DNA of 64,000 bases from NCBI GenBank assembly GCA_963837465.1, contig CAWINB010000004.1, positions 202,853-266,852 of the forward strand. Reading direction: 5' to 3'. Below are positions 1 through 9,889 of the stretch, piece by piece. The notes under the pieces are model-generated. The model did no database searches. It was not told the origin of the DNA and was given only the letters and a program-made list of their open reading frames with translations. Numbering within the stretch: position 1 is the first letter of the stretch; the number at the start of each line of letters is the position of its first letter. Position numbers and translations under genes: made by a program. Origin of the DNA: Candidatus Doudnabacteria bacterium. GTDB taxonomy: Bacteria; Patescibacteriota; Doudnabacteria; UBA920.

Positions 1-36
1 AAACAAAGTTACTAAGCTCTATCCGCTAAACGCTTT

Positions 37-1422
37 TTACCATCCGAAAAGCTTGCCGACCTCTTCGGAAGATTCGCGACGACGAGCGATTTTTATTTCC
101 CCGTTTTGGGCGATAAGCTTGGCCGGAGAAGACAACAGGCAGTGGTGGGAAGCCAGCGCGTCCTGGTAGGCGCCGGTATCCAGCAGCGCTATATAAAGCT
201 CCTCTACCTCATCCAGTCTGGGCAATAAAACACAGTCGCCGCCGGCCGTGTACTTGTCGTCGCTGTCGCAGCTGGAGCCGGCCAGCCAGACCTTGGCCAT
301 TTTTTTTGTATTCATGTGGTTAATGGGAATGACGTGCCATTTTTGGTGGATGGCCCAGGTATCTATTAAATCATTCATGAAACTGCCGTCAATAATATAC
401 CATTTAAAATTTCCTTTGTTGCCGACGTCTTTTTGCGCCAGGATTTTATAAATGGTGATTTGCGCGGGCGCGGCCACATAGCTGCCCCACTCCACGATTA
501 AATTAGGGTGTTTTAACCCGAGCTTATCGCACTCTTTTTTGGCCGTTTTAACAATTTGCTGGACCAGGCTTTTGCCGCTGTAAAAATGCTTCTTTTTTTC
601 AAAGGGCACGCCGGCTCCGCCGCCAATGTCCAGAGTGTCCAGGGCGGGATTTTTTTCCTTCATTTTGGCGTACAAATCCATGGCGCGTTTTATGGGTTTA
701 ATAAAACCCTGAATGCTTTCTATCTGTTTGGAAATGTGGTAATGGAGCGTGGACAGGTTTCTGACTTTGCCGATTTTTATAAGTTCTTCCTCGGTGAAAC
801 CGTAACGGTTGAATTTTTTATCCCAGTGGGCCTGGACTTTAATATCCAGGTTGACGCGGATGCCGACCTCGCCTTTAAATTTTTGCAGCCGTTCCAGTTC
901 GTTGTAATCTTCAATAATTGGGATAACCGTCAGGCCTTTGCCCTTAAGCTCTTCAATCAAGCTGATGTATTTTTCGGTTTTCGGACCGTTGCAGATGACG
1001 CGGATTTTGGTGTTGAATTTGTCCTGTTCTATCATCCTTTTGACCAGAAACAGTTCGTTGGCGGAAGCCACGTCCAAGTTGGCGCCTTCGGCCACGGCAG
1101 GCAGCACGAATTCCTTGGTCTGGTTGGCCTTCATGGCATAATGGTAAAAAAACTTGCCCTTGTAGCCCAAAACTTTTATGTAGGCGTTGAATGTTTCTAT
1201 CAGGTCGCGCACGCGGTTTTCTATAACCGTGGGAAAAACAATTTCCGTGGAAGTTCCGTATTTTTTGACGATGTCAAAAATATTGTACTGGTAGTTGCCT
1301 TCGCGCACAATCAGTTCGCCGTCCGGGCTGATGTCAAACATGGAAGTGTTGTATTCATCTATGCCCAGCCGCCAAAATTTACGGAAACCGTTTTTCTTTT
1401 TAGCCGCGGATTTTGTGGTCAT
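37..1422 (-). CDS. PLP-dependent Orn/Lys/Arg decarboxylase (SpeA/LysA fold), probably arginine decarboxylase-like
   Basis: YAMKANQ PLP lysine, HYHI, DIGGG, SCDSDD and DTGAYQD motifs. Confidence 0.8.
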   Translation of the reverse strand: MTTKSAAKKKNGFRKFWRLGIDEYNTSMFDISPDGELIVREGNYQYNIFDIVKKYGTSTEIVFPTVIENRVRDLIETFNAYIKVLGYKGKFFYHYAMKANQTKEFVLPAVAEGANLDVASANELFLVKRMIEQDKFNTKIRVICNGPKTEKYISLIEELKGKGLTVIPIIEDYNELERLQKFKGEVGIRVNLDIKVQAHWDKKFNRYGFTEEELIKIGKVRNLSTLHYHISKQIESIQGFIKPIKRAMDLYAKMKEKNPALDTLDIGGGAGVPFEKKKHFYSGKSLVQQIVKTAKKECDKLGLKHPNLIVEWGSYVAAPAQITIYKILAQKDVGNKGNFKWYIIDGSFMNDLIDTWAIHQKWHVIPINHMNTKKMAKVWLAGSSCDSDDKYTAGGDCVLLPRLDEVEELYIALLDTGAYQDALASHHCLLSSPAKLIAQNGEIKIARRRESSEEVGKLFGW

Positions 1423-1726
1423 GTTAAATTAGGTGATAGGGATTAGGGATTAGAGCCTGAAAAATAAAAAAGCAAACTCTGGTGAATTTGCGTAAGTTTA
1501 ATTAAGCCATTGGGTTGACTTGTCGGTTGGGGATGAAATGGTCGCCGGATAATATCGTTTGTTTGCCTTTCAGACTTTAATATTGCAGATAATGTAGCAT
1601 TTGAACCTTGGTTTGTCAAATACACAACGGATGATTTTATGATTTATTCGTTCTGTCCTTCGGCCGCGCTTAGGAGATTCGGCCCGCTATTATTGGCCGA
1701 AGGTTACCAGCGAACTTATCCAAAAA

Positions 1727-2214
1727 TGGTGAATCTATTTTACGAAGTCCAAACCTATTTTATCAAAAACAGCTAACCTTGACTACTCCTAAACCACCTT
1801 CTGTCTTAGCTATAACCCAAGACCTGCGGCTAAAGACCGAGGATATTGACCGGAGGCAAGAACGGCTTTTCCAGGGCTATCTTTCCGAAGACATTAACCC
1901 AGAAAAATACCGGCAGGAGAAGAACAAGCTAACTTTGGAAAAGAAGACCCTTACCGAGCAAATTACAAAGTTGGAACATAAACAAAAAATTTGGGTTGAA
2001 CCCCTTAAAAATTTCATCAAAGACGCTGAAAATTTGGGCGAAATAACGCTTTCGCCCGAACTGCACCCCAAAAAATCGGCTGCACAACAAATCTTTGGCT
2101 CGAACCTGTTTTTAAAAAACCGTCAGTTGCAGTTTAGCCCACAAACACAATGGGCTGCGCTAAGCGCAGCCCTGCAAAAAGTCGGGGAAAGTTCCTTTGT
2201 GTAATATTCTGGTG
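1727..2214. mobile_element. Collapsed serine-recombinase mini-element at the tRNA-Leu 3' end
   Basis: TGGTG core at 1727-1731 and 2210-2214. The left arm encodes an LFYEVQTYFIKNS* tail and the interior is a recombinase C-terminal fragment. Confidence 0.6.
1779..2204 (+). pseudogene. C-terminal remnant of a large serine recombinase
   Basis: Aligns by eye to the C-terminus of 44658..45725 (LGEITLSP.L.PKKS.AQ.IFGS.L.LKN...TQWA). Confidence 0.8.
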
Positions 2215-2296
2215 CCCGGGGAGGGAGTTGAACCCTCAATCCCTTACGGGCGACTGATCTTAAGTCAGTAGCGTATGCCAGTTCCGCCACCCGGGC
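2210..2296 (-). tRNA. tRNA-Leu(TAA)
   Basis: GCCCGGG/CCCGGGC acceptor stem, CTTAAGA anticodon loop, long variable arm, encoded CCA. Confidence 0.95.
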
Positions 2297-2360
2297 TTGG
2301 GTTATTAAATTGTTTCGCGCTCCGGCCGCGCTCAGGACAAAAATCTGCCGCGTAAATTTT

Positions 2361-2435
2361 TGGAGGTGCAGATGGGAATCGAACCCATGCATTGCGGTTT
2401 TGCAGACCGCCGCGTTACCACTTCGCCACTGCACC
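2361..2435 (-). tRNA. tRNA-Cys(GCA)
   Basis: Cloverleaf with CTGCAAA loop, GGTTCGATTCC T arm, U discriminator plus CCA. Confidence 0.95.
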
Positions 2436-2524
2436 CCGCGCTGATGTTTATTTTTTATTCGGCGCCCAAAATTACAGCCCTTATATTTTAATCAAAAATC
2501 CGCATTTGTTCAATAGCCCGGGCA

Positions 2525-2558
2525 AATTTAAACCCCCCGACTGGCGGAGGGTTTAAAT
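2525..2558 (-). terminator. Hairpin terminator downstream of 2562..3230
   Basis: AATTTAAACCC...GGGTTTAAATT inverted repeat. Confidence 0.5.
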
Positions 2559-2561
2559 TAT

Positions 2562-3230
2562 TTATTGGGCAATGGTAGCCAGTTGCTGGTTGGCGGTAGC
2601 TGTAGCTATGGAGCTTTGGGCCATAGCCACGCGCTGCTGGTCGGAAGTCTGCTGTATCTGGGTCAGCTCAGCCAGTATCTTCTTGGAACCATAACGCCAG
2701 TTACTGCTGTATGGCTGCACATAGACGCCATCCATTTTGTCCAAGCTCCAGCCGTTGTAGCGGGTGTCGAGCAGGGTGCTCATATCGTTAATCCACTCGC
2801 CGAAGTTGTTGTATTTTCTTAAGTACTGCTGGCCTCCGATGCCGCTGCAGTTATAGTAAAGGTTGCGCTGGCACATATCGCTTTCCACAAAACTTATGGA
2901 AATGACCATGGGCCAGTTGTCCTTTGTAATCAATTGCGGCACATAGTTCGCCAGCGGTGAATCGCGGGCCTGTAAATAGGCCTGTAAATTGACGGTTAAA
3001 GGGTCTGCCTGCTGGACCGTGTTTATGTTTAAAGAATTTTGGTCTGTATTTGGGTTTGGGTTGAGTAAATTCGCATCCGCGACGTTGATTTTAAAAATTG
3101 CGGCTGATTGTCCAGAAGTATCTGCCATGGCCAACTGCGGGTATAGCATAGGAGTTAGTAAGACTAACGCCATAATACCCAGTAGCACACTTTGGTCCAA
3201 GACAAGCTTCAAGTTGGAAAGAGCTTTCAT
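2562..3230 (-). CDS. Secreted protein, possible lysozyme/glucosaminidase-like fold
   Basis: Signal/TM segment; YL...SPLA...ISFVES...NCSGIG pattern resembling muramidase-like domains. Confidence 0.5.
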   Translation of the reverse strand: MKALSNLKLVLDQSVLLGIMALVLLTPMLYPQLAMADTSGQSAAIFKINVADANLLNPNPNTDQNSLNINTVQQADPLTVNLQAYLQARDSPLANYVPQLITKDNWPMVISISFVESDMCQRNLYYNCSGIGGQQYLRKYNNFGEWINDMSTLLDTRYNGWSLDKMDGVYVQPYSSNWRYGSKKILAELTQIQQTSDQQRVAMAQSSIATATANQQLATIAQ

Positions 3231-3764
3231 TCTTTAAATCAAACTCCTTTCTCCCCTGTCCCGTTTAACCCGGGAAAGTCTTTATGTTAAGGAACGACTG
3301 TTGGACCCACCCAGCTTTTTAATTAAACAAAGGTGTCAGTCGTCCGGGCTTAAGCTTGTCAAAATAGGCTCAAGCTCCGGAAGTGATTGCGCTGCTTATG
3401 TTTATAAAGCAGGGCTTATATAAAACAAAAAAGCGCCAAGTAGCACTTTTCTAAACCCATTATAGCTCTTTCCAGACATTTTTTCAAGGCCTTTTAGCGA
3501 CTTTTTGGCTTAAATAAAACAGAAAACATTATTCCATTAATAGAATGGGCAATTTTTGGCATTTAAAAAAACCCTATATTTAAAGGGTTTTATGCCAGTA
3601 CTCCGTAATCGGATGCGCGAGTCCTAATTAAAATCAGTCCGGGTTGAGCGCCTCTTTTAATAAAATTCAGAATATCAGAATAATGCCCAAGCGATACAAT
3701 ACTGTTTTGATATCGCTAAAGACGTGATATACTGAAAATCAGTTTAAATTAATAAACACTATAT

Positions 3765-4028
3765 ATGTCAACAAACGCATCAAATCCCGTTTCTAACCAA
3801 GATCCCAACCCCACTATTTACCAGGCAAAGAATCACGAAGATAGTCACGAAGTTTTACGGCTGCTTGGGGAGCATGGAATACAGGGAGTGGCTTTTACCA
3901 GTTTTGAGGGCGTAGACCTTACAAAACCGGAACAGGATTTTTCAAATTTGCCCGTATCTGTTTCAGTAAAGGCCCCGGAAGCAGAAACTGCCAAACAGAT
4001 TTTAAGAAATCACGGAAGAGAGTGCTAG
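3765..4028 (+). CDS. Small hypothetical protein (DUF2007-like)
   Basis: 87 aa ORF; L.EHGI...V.V...E.A.QIL pattern. Confidence 0.5.
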   Translation: MSTNASNPVSNQDPNPTIYQAKNHEDSHEVLRLLGEHGIQGVAFTSFEGVDLTKPEQDFSNLPVSVSVKAPEAETAKQILRNHGREC

Positions 4029-4199
4029 CGCCATATAGGTTTAATTTTGACTGTCAAACTATCCTTGAATAATTGAAAAAACCGGCAAATCACCTGCCGG
4101 AATTAATCGTTTATGGCGCTGGCATAGCCGGTTTTCAAAGCAGGTTCCAAACTCTCCGGACAAAAACACGATGCGTAACGGTCTTAATTAAAATAGCAC

Positions 4200-4673
4200 A
4201 TGAACCAAAACGCGGAATTAATAAATAAATTTTATACTTGTTTTCAAGGTAGGGATTTCAAGGGTATGCAGGAATGTTACGCTGATAATGCTGTTTTTAA
4301 TGACGAAATTTTTACAAATCTTGGCTCTAAAGAGGTAAGGGCCATGTGGGAAATGCTTTGTATAAACGGAAATGACCTAAAATTGGAGTTTCGAAACATA
4401 TTGGCCGGCGAAAAAACCGCAACCGCGGAATGGACAGCCTGCTATACTTTTCCAGCCACAGGAAGAAAAGTGGTGAATCATGTCAAAGCCGATTTTTTTA
4501 TCGAGCAAGGGAAAATTATAAAACACACGGATATTTTTAGTTTTTACCAATGGGCGAAACAATCCCTGGGGCTTATGGGGGTTTTGTTCGGCTGGACCTG
4601 GCTGGTGAAAAACAAGATAAGGACAGAGGCGGCGAGGAAGCTTAATGACTATATATACCAGAAAATGATCTAA
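4200..4673 (+). CDS. SnoaL-like / NTF2 family protein
   Basis: LINKFY..F...D...M..CY...A.F.D and GKII.HTD motifs. Confidence 0.85.
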   Translation: MNQNAELINKFYTCFQGRDFKGMQECYADNAVFNDEIFTNLGSKEVRAMWEMLCINGNDLKLEFRNILAGEKTATAEWTACYTFPATGRKVVNHVKADFFIEQGKIIKHTDIFSFYQWAKQSLGLMGVLFGWTWLVKNKIRTEAARKLNDYIYQKMI

Positions 4674-4785
4674 AATAGGTTCTAGCGCGCCTTTAATTTA
4701 ATTATGCCTATCAGATGTGTCTGAAAGTCCAATCAGCAGAGTATTTTAAACAACTTACTATAGTCAAATTTAAATTAATGGAGCG

Positions 4786-6060
4786 CTAGTCATTCCTGCC
4801 GTAGACTTCCCAATCAAAAATAGTATATTTTACCGCTTTGTACCAGCCGACCACGGAGGCATAGTAGCGGAGGTTGGCCAGGACGCGGAAGATATAGGCA
4901 AAGTAGCCGGTAAAGTAAAAACCCGCGTAATCAAAGATTGCCCATTTGCCTCCAAGGGCCACGATAAAACCGTGCTTTTTGCCGGCGTAAGCCAGCGGTT
5001 TTTGGTTTTCCATAATTAAAGGCAACGCGTAGGCCAGGTACTCGCCCTGGGCTACGGCATCCTGGGCAGTTGGGGGAGCGGGGCGGCTATCGGCGTTAAC
5101 AATGCAGGCGCAATCGCCCAGGGCAAAAATACTTTGGTCTTTGTCCGACTGAAAAAATTGATTGGTGATAATTCTGCCTTTGCGGTCCAGATTTAACGGA
5201 TCGGTAAACGGCAGAGCGCAGGCTTTAACGCCGGTGGTCCAAACTAAAGCGTCGTACTCTACCCGCTCCTGGGTAGCCATTTCTACAAAGCGCCCGTCAA
5301 CTTTAAAAATCGGACTGCTTAGTCTGACATTTACTCCCAAATTTTTTAGATGCCACAGCGCGTCCTGGCTTAAACGGTTGGAAAAACCGGCAATAAGCTG
5401 ATTGGCCGCTTCTATAATCATGACTTCAATTTTTTCCGGCGGGAAATCATTTTTCCATGCCATAAAGCGCAACTCATGAACCAGTTCGGCCGCGAATTCG
5501 CAGCCGGTGTAGCCGCCGCCGGCTATGACAATACGGATGTTTGACTTGGTCATTTCCAGCCGCTGCTTTTGCATGGCGAATTCTATTTTATTGCGCGCGC
5601 GCAAACCATCGGCCAGAGTTTTTAAAGTGGAAGCAAAATTTTCCGCGCCCTGGATGCCAAAAAAATCACTGACGGAGCCCAGGGCCACCGCCAGATAATC
5701 GTATTGCAATTTTTTATCGCCGGCCTGGACGAATTTTTGTTCCCTATTAATAGCTGTAACTTCGGCCTGAACAACTTCAATTGTCCTTCCGGCGAAAATT
5801 TCCTTTAAAGGGATGGTTACGCTCTTTTTTAACTGGCTCTGGCTAACCAATTCTTCTTCGGCCGTGGCCACTTCGTACAAATTGGAGGTAAATAATTGGT
5901 AGTCGCGCTTATCAACAAGAGTGATGGAAACGTCTTTGCTGTTCCTGAATTTTTTTTCCAAACCCCTGGCCGCGGCCACGCCGGCATAACCGGCTCCTAA
6001 AATTACAATTTTTTTCCCGCCGGAGGCGGATCCGCCTCCGGCGGACATTTTATTTTTCAT
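4786..6060 (-). CDS. ndh: Type II NADH dehydrogenase / NAD(P)-FAD oxidoreductase
   Basis: Two Rossmann motifs (GAGYAG, GGGYTG.E), YDYL..ALG, IFALGDC, PPTAQ.A. Confidence 0.85.
   Translation of the reverse strand: MKNKMSAGGGSASGGKKIVILGAGYAGVAAARGLEKKFRNSKDVSITLVDKRDYQLFTSNLYEVATAEEELVSQSQLKKSVTIPLKEIFAGRTIEVVQAEVTAINREQKFVQAGDKKLQYDYLAVALGSVSDFFGIQGAENFASTLKTLADGLRARNKIEFAMQKQRLEMTKSNIRIVIAGGGYTGCEFAAELVHELRFMAWKNDFPPEKIEVMIIEAANQLIAGFSNRLSQDALWHLKNLGVNVRLSSPIFKVDGRFVEMATQERVEYDALVWTTGVKACALPFTDPLNLDRKGRIITNQFFQSDKDQSIFALGDCACIVNADSRPAPPTAQDAVAQGEYLAYALPLIMENQKPLAYAGKKHGFIVALGGKWAIFDYAGFYFTGYFAYIFRVLANLRYYASVVGWYKAVKYTIFDWEVYGRND
6017..6044. repeat. 28-bp perfect GC-rich palindrome inside the ndh 5' end
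   Basis: CCGCCGGAGGCGGATCCGCCTCCGGCGG; related copy at 62144..62175. Confidence 0.85.
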
Positions 6061-6318
6061 TTTTTGTTTCTAAGCGCTTACTTATTGATGAGTTGATTAT
6101 AACATAATAGCACTGGCGCGGACAGAGGCAATTCTCATAGTACTGTCAACCGTAGCCGGGTAATATCAGAGCTCGGTTAAACTAAGTAAAATTCAAGTAC
6201 TTTATATTACATAGAGACTGCTAAAATGGTCAAGGCCGCGCCAGGCCAATTTCTAAATCCTAAGCTCTAAATACTAAACAAATTGTAAATTACAAAGCTG
6301 TGAGATCCTGTAATTAAT

Positions 6319-6364
6319 AAACAATAAACGGGAACACCCTGCGCGTTGTTCCCGTTTATTGTTT
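6319..6364 (-). terminator. Long hairpin downstream of the ABC operon
   Basis: 18-bp stem AAACAATAAACGGGAACA / TGTTCCCGTTTATTGTTT. Confidence 0.55.
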
Positions 6365-6403
6365 GTAATTTGTTTAGGGTTTCGCTATTAGAATTTCGGA
6401 TTT

Positions 6404-7651
6404 TTACTCGTATCGTAACGCCTCTATCGGATCCATCTTAGAAGCGCTCCTGGCCGGAAGCACTCCAAAGCCAATACCAATGGCGCCGGAAACTCCCACG
6501 GCGATAAAAATCGCGTACAAAGGCACGGAAAATGTCCAGGCCAGACCGGCGGCAGTTGCTATAACCGAAACCAGCCAGCCGAGCAGTGAGCCAAAAATAA
6601 TGCCAATTATCCCACCGGCAACAGTAACCAAAACCGATTCAATTAAAAATTCGTTTAAAATGTCGGCGTTGGTGGCGCCCAATGCTTTTTTAAGTCCAAT
6701 CTCGGCCGTGCGTTCGGTAACCACCACGTACATAATATTCATAATACCCACGCCGCCAACCACCAGGGAAATCGCGGCGATGGCAATAAGCAAAATTGTG
6801 ATGCCGTTAAAAATAGTGTTAAAGGAATCCAGCGCCTGCGCCTGGGTTTGCACCGTAAAATCATCCTTGGCCGGGTCGGTAATATTGTGGTTGTGTTCCA
6901 TTACGGAAGTTATGTCAGCGGCAGTTTCATCACCCAGCTGGATGTTCTGCAGCTGGACCACGCCAATAGAAATATAATTAATACCCAGCATTTTTCTTTG
7001 CGCCGTAACAAGGGGCATATACAGGCTGTCATCGGCGGAGCTTAAGGCGCCTTCGGGATTATAGACTCCTATGACCTGAAAATTTAAAGTGCCCAAACGA
7101 ATAAGCTGTCCGAGCGGGTTGCTTTGGTTGAATAAATCCGTTGCCAGCTGGCTGCCTAAAATTACCACCTGAGCTGCGCCGGCATCTTCGCTTTCGGTGT
7201 AAAACCTGCCCTCAGCCAGAGTATTCTGGTCAATCTGGAAGCGCGAGGCCGAGGCGCCATAGTAAATAACGCTTTTGTCGGTATCGCCAAAACTGGCCAC
7301 AGCCTGGCCCGTTACCATACCGTAGTCGTTAACCACATTGGGCAGTTGCTTAATATCATCCAAATCCCTCTGCGTAAAAGTGGTAATGACCACGCCGGAA
7401 AAAGCATTGGCCGCGCTACCGGCGGAAGCCGAAGCAAGATTTTTGGTGGTGGGTGGAACGCGGGTTTGGATAAACAACGTGTTGCTGCCAAGGGCGTTAA
7501 CCTGGGCGTTAATTAAACTCCTAAATCCGGCTCCGGCGGACAACACCAAAATCACCGTGGAAATGCCTATAACGATCCCCAAAGTAGTAAGGGCTGTACG
7601 CGCCGGGTTGGCGCGAAGGGCTTTTATGGATTGTCTAAAAGAATTGAACAT
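6404..7651 (-). CDS. MacB/FtsX-type ABC transporter permease
   Basis: TLGIVIGI, VGGVGIMNIM..V.ERT.EIG..KALGA, MDPIEALRYE. Confidence 0.92.
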   Translation of the reverse strand: MFNSFRQSIKALRANPARTALTTLGIVIGISTVILVLSAGAGFRSLINAQVNALGSNTLFIQTRVPPTTKNLASASAGSAANAFSGVVITTFTQRDLDDIKQLPNVVNDYGMVTGQAVASFGDTDKSVIYYGASASRFQIDQNTLAEGRFYTESEDAGAAQVVILGSQLATDLFNQSNPLGQLIRLGTLNFQVIGVYNPEGALSSADDSLYMPLVTAQRKMLGINYISIGVVQLQNIQLGDETAADITSVMEHNHNITDPAKDDFTVQTQAQALDSFNTIFNGITILLIAIAAISLVVGGVGIMNIMYVVVTERTAEIGLKKALGATNADILNEFLIESVLVTVAGGIIGIIFGSLLGWLVSVIATAAGLAWTFSVPLYAIFIAVGVSGAIGIGFGVLPARSASKMDPIEALRYE

Positions 7652-7740
7652 AATTGACCAAAAATGACATAATTGACAAAATTATCCGGCTGAGTAGATT
7701 ATGTCAATTTTTTAAATTATTTAAATTTTGTCAATACTAT

Positions 7741-9020
7741 TTATTCGTATCTCAACGACTCTATCGGGTTCAACTTCGCGGCTTTGTAGGCCGGGTAGAG
7801 ACCGAAGACTACGCCGGTTAAAATGGAAACGCCTACGGACAGGATAACGGAGGTTAAGGAAATTACAAAGGCCCAGTCATAGCCCAAAGAATTCATAAGC
7901 AGCGAAACCAAATAGGCGACTATTACACCGGCAATAATTCCAATAAGTCCTCCGAGCAACGTAAGCGTGCCGGATTCAAATAAAAATTGCAGTAAGATGG
8001 CGCGGTTGCTGGCGCCCACGGCTTTGCGCAAACCAATTTCGCGGGTGCGCTCGGCCACGGTAACCATCATAATATTTAAAATACCGATGCCGCCCACCAC
8101 CAAGGCAATGCCGGCCATAGCGGTTAAAAATAAACTCAGCGCGGTGGTGACCGTGGTTAAAACGCTGACGGCCTCGGCGGTGTTGCGCACGGTAAAATCC
8201 ACCTCTGAAGGAGTCAGCACATGGTGGCGCTGGTCCAAAATATTGGTAACCTCGTTAATGCTTTCGTTTATATTATCCGCGGAATCAATCTTTAAATTTA
8301 TGGCCTGCAGATAATTGATACCCAAAATTTGCTGCTGGCCAATGGCCAAAGGCAGAAAAATTTGGTCATCCTGGTCCTGGAAAAACGCGCTGCCGCGCGA
8401 CTGGATAACTCCGATAACGCGCAGGGGAATACCGCCGGGCTGGTTTTCCGAACTTTGCGAACTGCTCCTGACTTTAATGACCTGGCCTAAAGGATCCGTG
8501 CCCGAATTGCCAAACAGCTCAGTTGCCACAGTTGAGCCCAAAACCACCACATTGGCGTCACCCTCGTCCTGTTGCTGATTAAAAAAAGAGCCTTCGCTCA
8601 TGGTAAAATTGACCACCCGCGGATAATAGTAATCGGTGCCGAAAAAATTGGTGTCCACGCTTTGGTTTTCCCAGGTCACTGTTACGCTGCCGCGCACATC
8701 GGCATTTACAGCCACGGCGTGAGGCACCGCGGAAGGAGCCCGGAGCGCCTCGGCATCGGCCGTTGTCAGTGTCGTCACCACCACGCCAAACACCTGGGCC
8801 GGCGGGCCTTTATCGTTGCTTTTGCCCGGTTGGACAGAAAGCAGATTGGATCCCAATTTGGTAACCTGTCCCAATACCAAAGCCTGGGCTCCGGCGCCAA
8901 GCGCGATAATAATAATCACTCCGGCCACGCCGATGACAATTCCGAGGATGGTGAAAAAGAACGACCCTTTCTGGCCAAAAGGGTTCTGAAAACCAATTTA
9001 ATTGTGGACAAGAAATTCAT
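7741..9020 (-). CDS. MacB/FtsX-type ABC permease, -1 frameshift near the 5' end
   Basis: ATG at 9020 gives MNFLSTIKLVFRTLLARKGRSF. One base missing in the run at 8954-8958 separates it from the 7741..8928 frame, which ends LNPIESLRYE. Confidence 0.85.
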
Positions 9021-9114
9021 TGTCAGTTATGAGCTTTCAAGTTAAAAGTATCAGGCGCGAACCGTTTCCACTTGATAACTTTAAACGTTTAACTTGGGTT
9101 ATTTCACCAGCTCT

Positions 9115-9834
9115 TTATCCGGACTCTGCGATAGCGCGTTGTTTCACCTGTTCATCGCTGACTATATTTCCATCCTTTAAACGGATAATGCGCTTGGCGT
9201 GGTTGGCGGTGTCCTGTTCATGAGTTACCAAAATAATCGTGCGCCCGCCGTCATTTAATTTTTGTAAAATTTCCATTACGGTGTTACCGCTTTTGCTGTC
9301 CAAATTGCCCGTAGGCTCGTCGGCAAAAATTACCGCCGGGTCGCAGACCAAAGCCCGCGCTATGGCCACGCGCTGTTTTTCCCCGCCGGAAATCTGGTTG
9401 GTATAAAAATCCAGGCGGTGGCCCAAACCGACATCGGTTAAAGCTTTTTTGGCCAGAGCGTCCTGGTCCTTTTTTTTGCTGTAAAGCAAAGGCAGTTTGA
9501 CGTTATCCAAAACCGAAGTCCTGGACAATAAATTAAAAGATTGGAAGACAAAACCGATTTCTTCGTTTCGCAGACCGGCCAGATATTCATCCGGAAAAAT
9601 ATTGGTGTTCTGGCCCTTAAAAGCGTACAAACCCGAAGTCGGGCGGTCCAGAAAACTTAAGATGTGCATAAGCGTGGATTTGCCGCTGCCGGACGGACCC
9701 ATAATGGCCACAAACTCCCCTTTATCTATGGTAAAGCTGACGCCGTGCAAAACCGGAGTCACCACGCCTTCGTTGACGTAATTCTTTTTTAAATTTTCAA
9801 CGCGAATGAGATCCATAAACGAATTATGAAGCAT
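9115..9834 (-). CDS. ABC transporter ATP-binding protein (LolD/MacB type)
   Basis: [31 protein letters not shown]. Confidence 0.95.
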   Translation of the reverse strand: MLHNSFMDLIRVENLKKNYVNEGVVTPVLHGVSFTIDKGEFVAIMGPSGSGKSTLMHILSFLDRPTSGLYAFKGQNTNIFPDEYLAGLRNEEIGFVFQSFNLLSRTSVLDNVKLPLLYSKKKDQDALAKKALTDVGLGHRLDFYTNQISGGEKQRVAIARALVCDPAVIFADEPTGNLDSKSGNTVMEILQKLNDGGRTIILVTHEQDTANHAKRIIRLKDGNIVSDEQVKQRAIAESG

Positions 9835-9889
9835 GAATCAGGAATTATGGGCGGCCGTTTCCTGATTCATGATTCCATATCCCTGACTC

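Noticed and set aside
556-1446. 296-aa + strand ORF
   Set aside because: Antisense shadow of the decarboxylase with no motifs. The same applies to most short opposite-strand ORFs in the track.
2123-2434. 103-aa ORF
   Set aside because: Translation across tRNA-Cys and tRNA-Leu.
6245-6400. Degenerate 7-mer-like repeats (also near 1430 and 9820-9880)
   Set aside because: Short low-complexity intergenic repeats with no spacers; not CRISPR.
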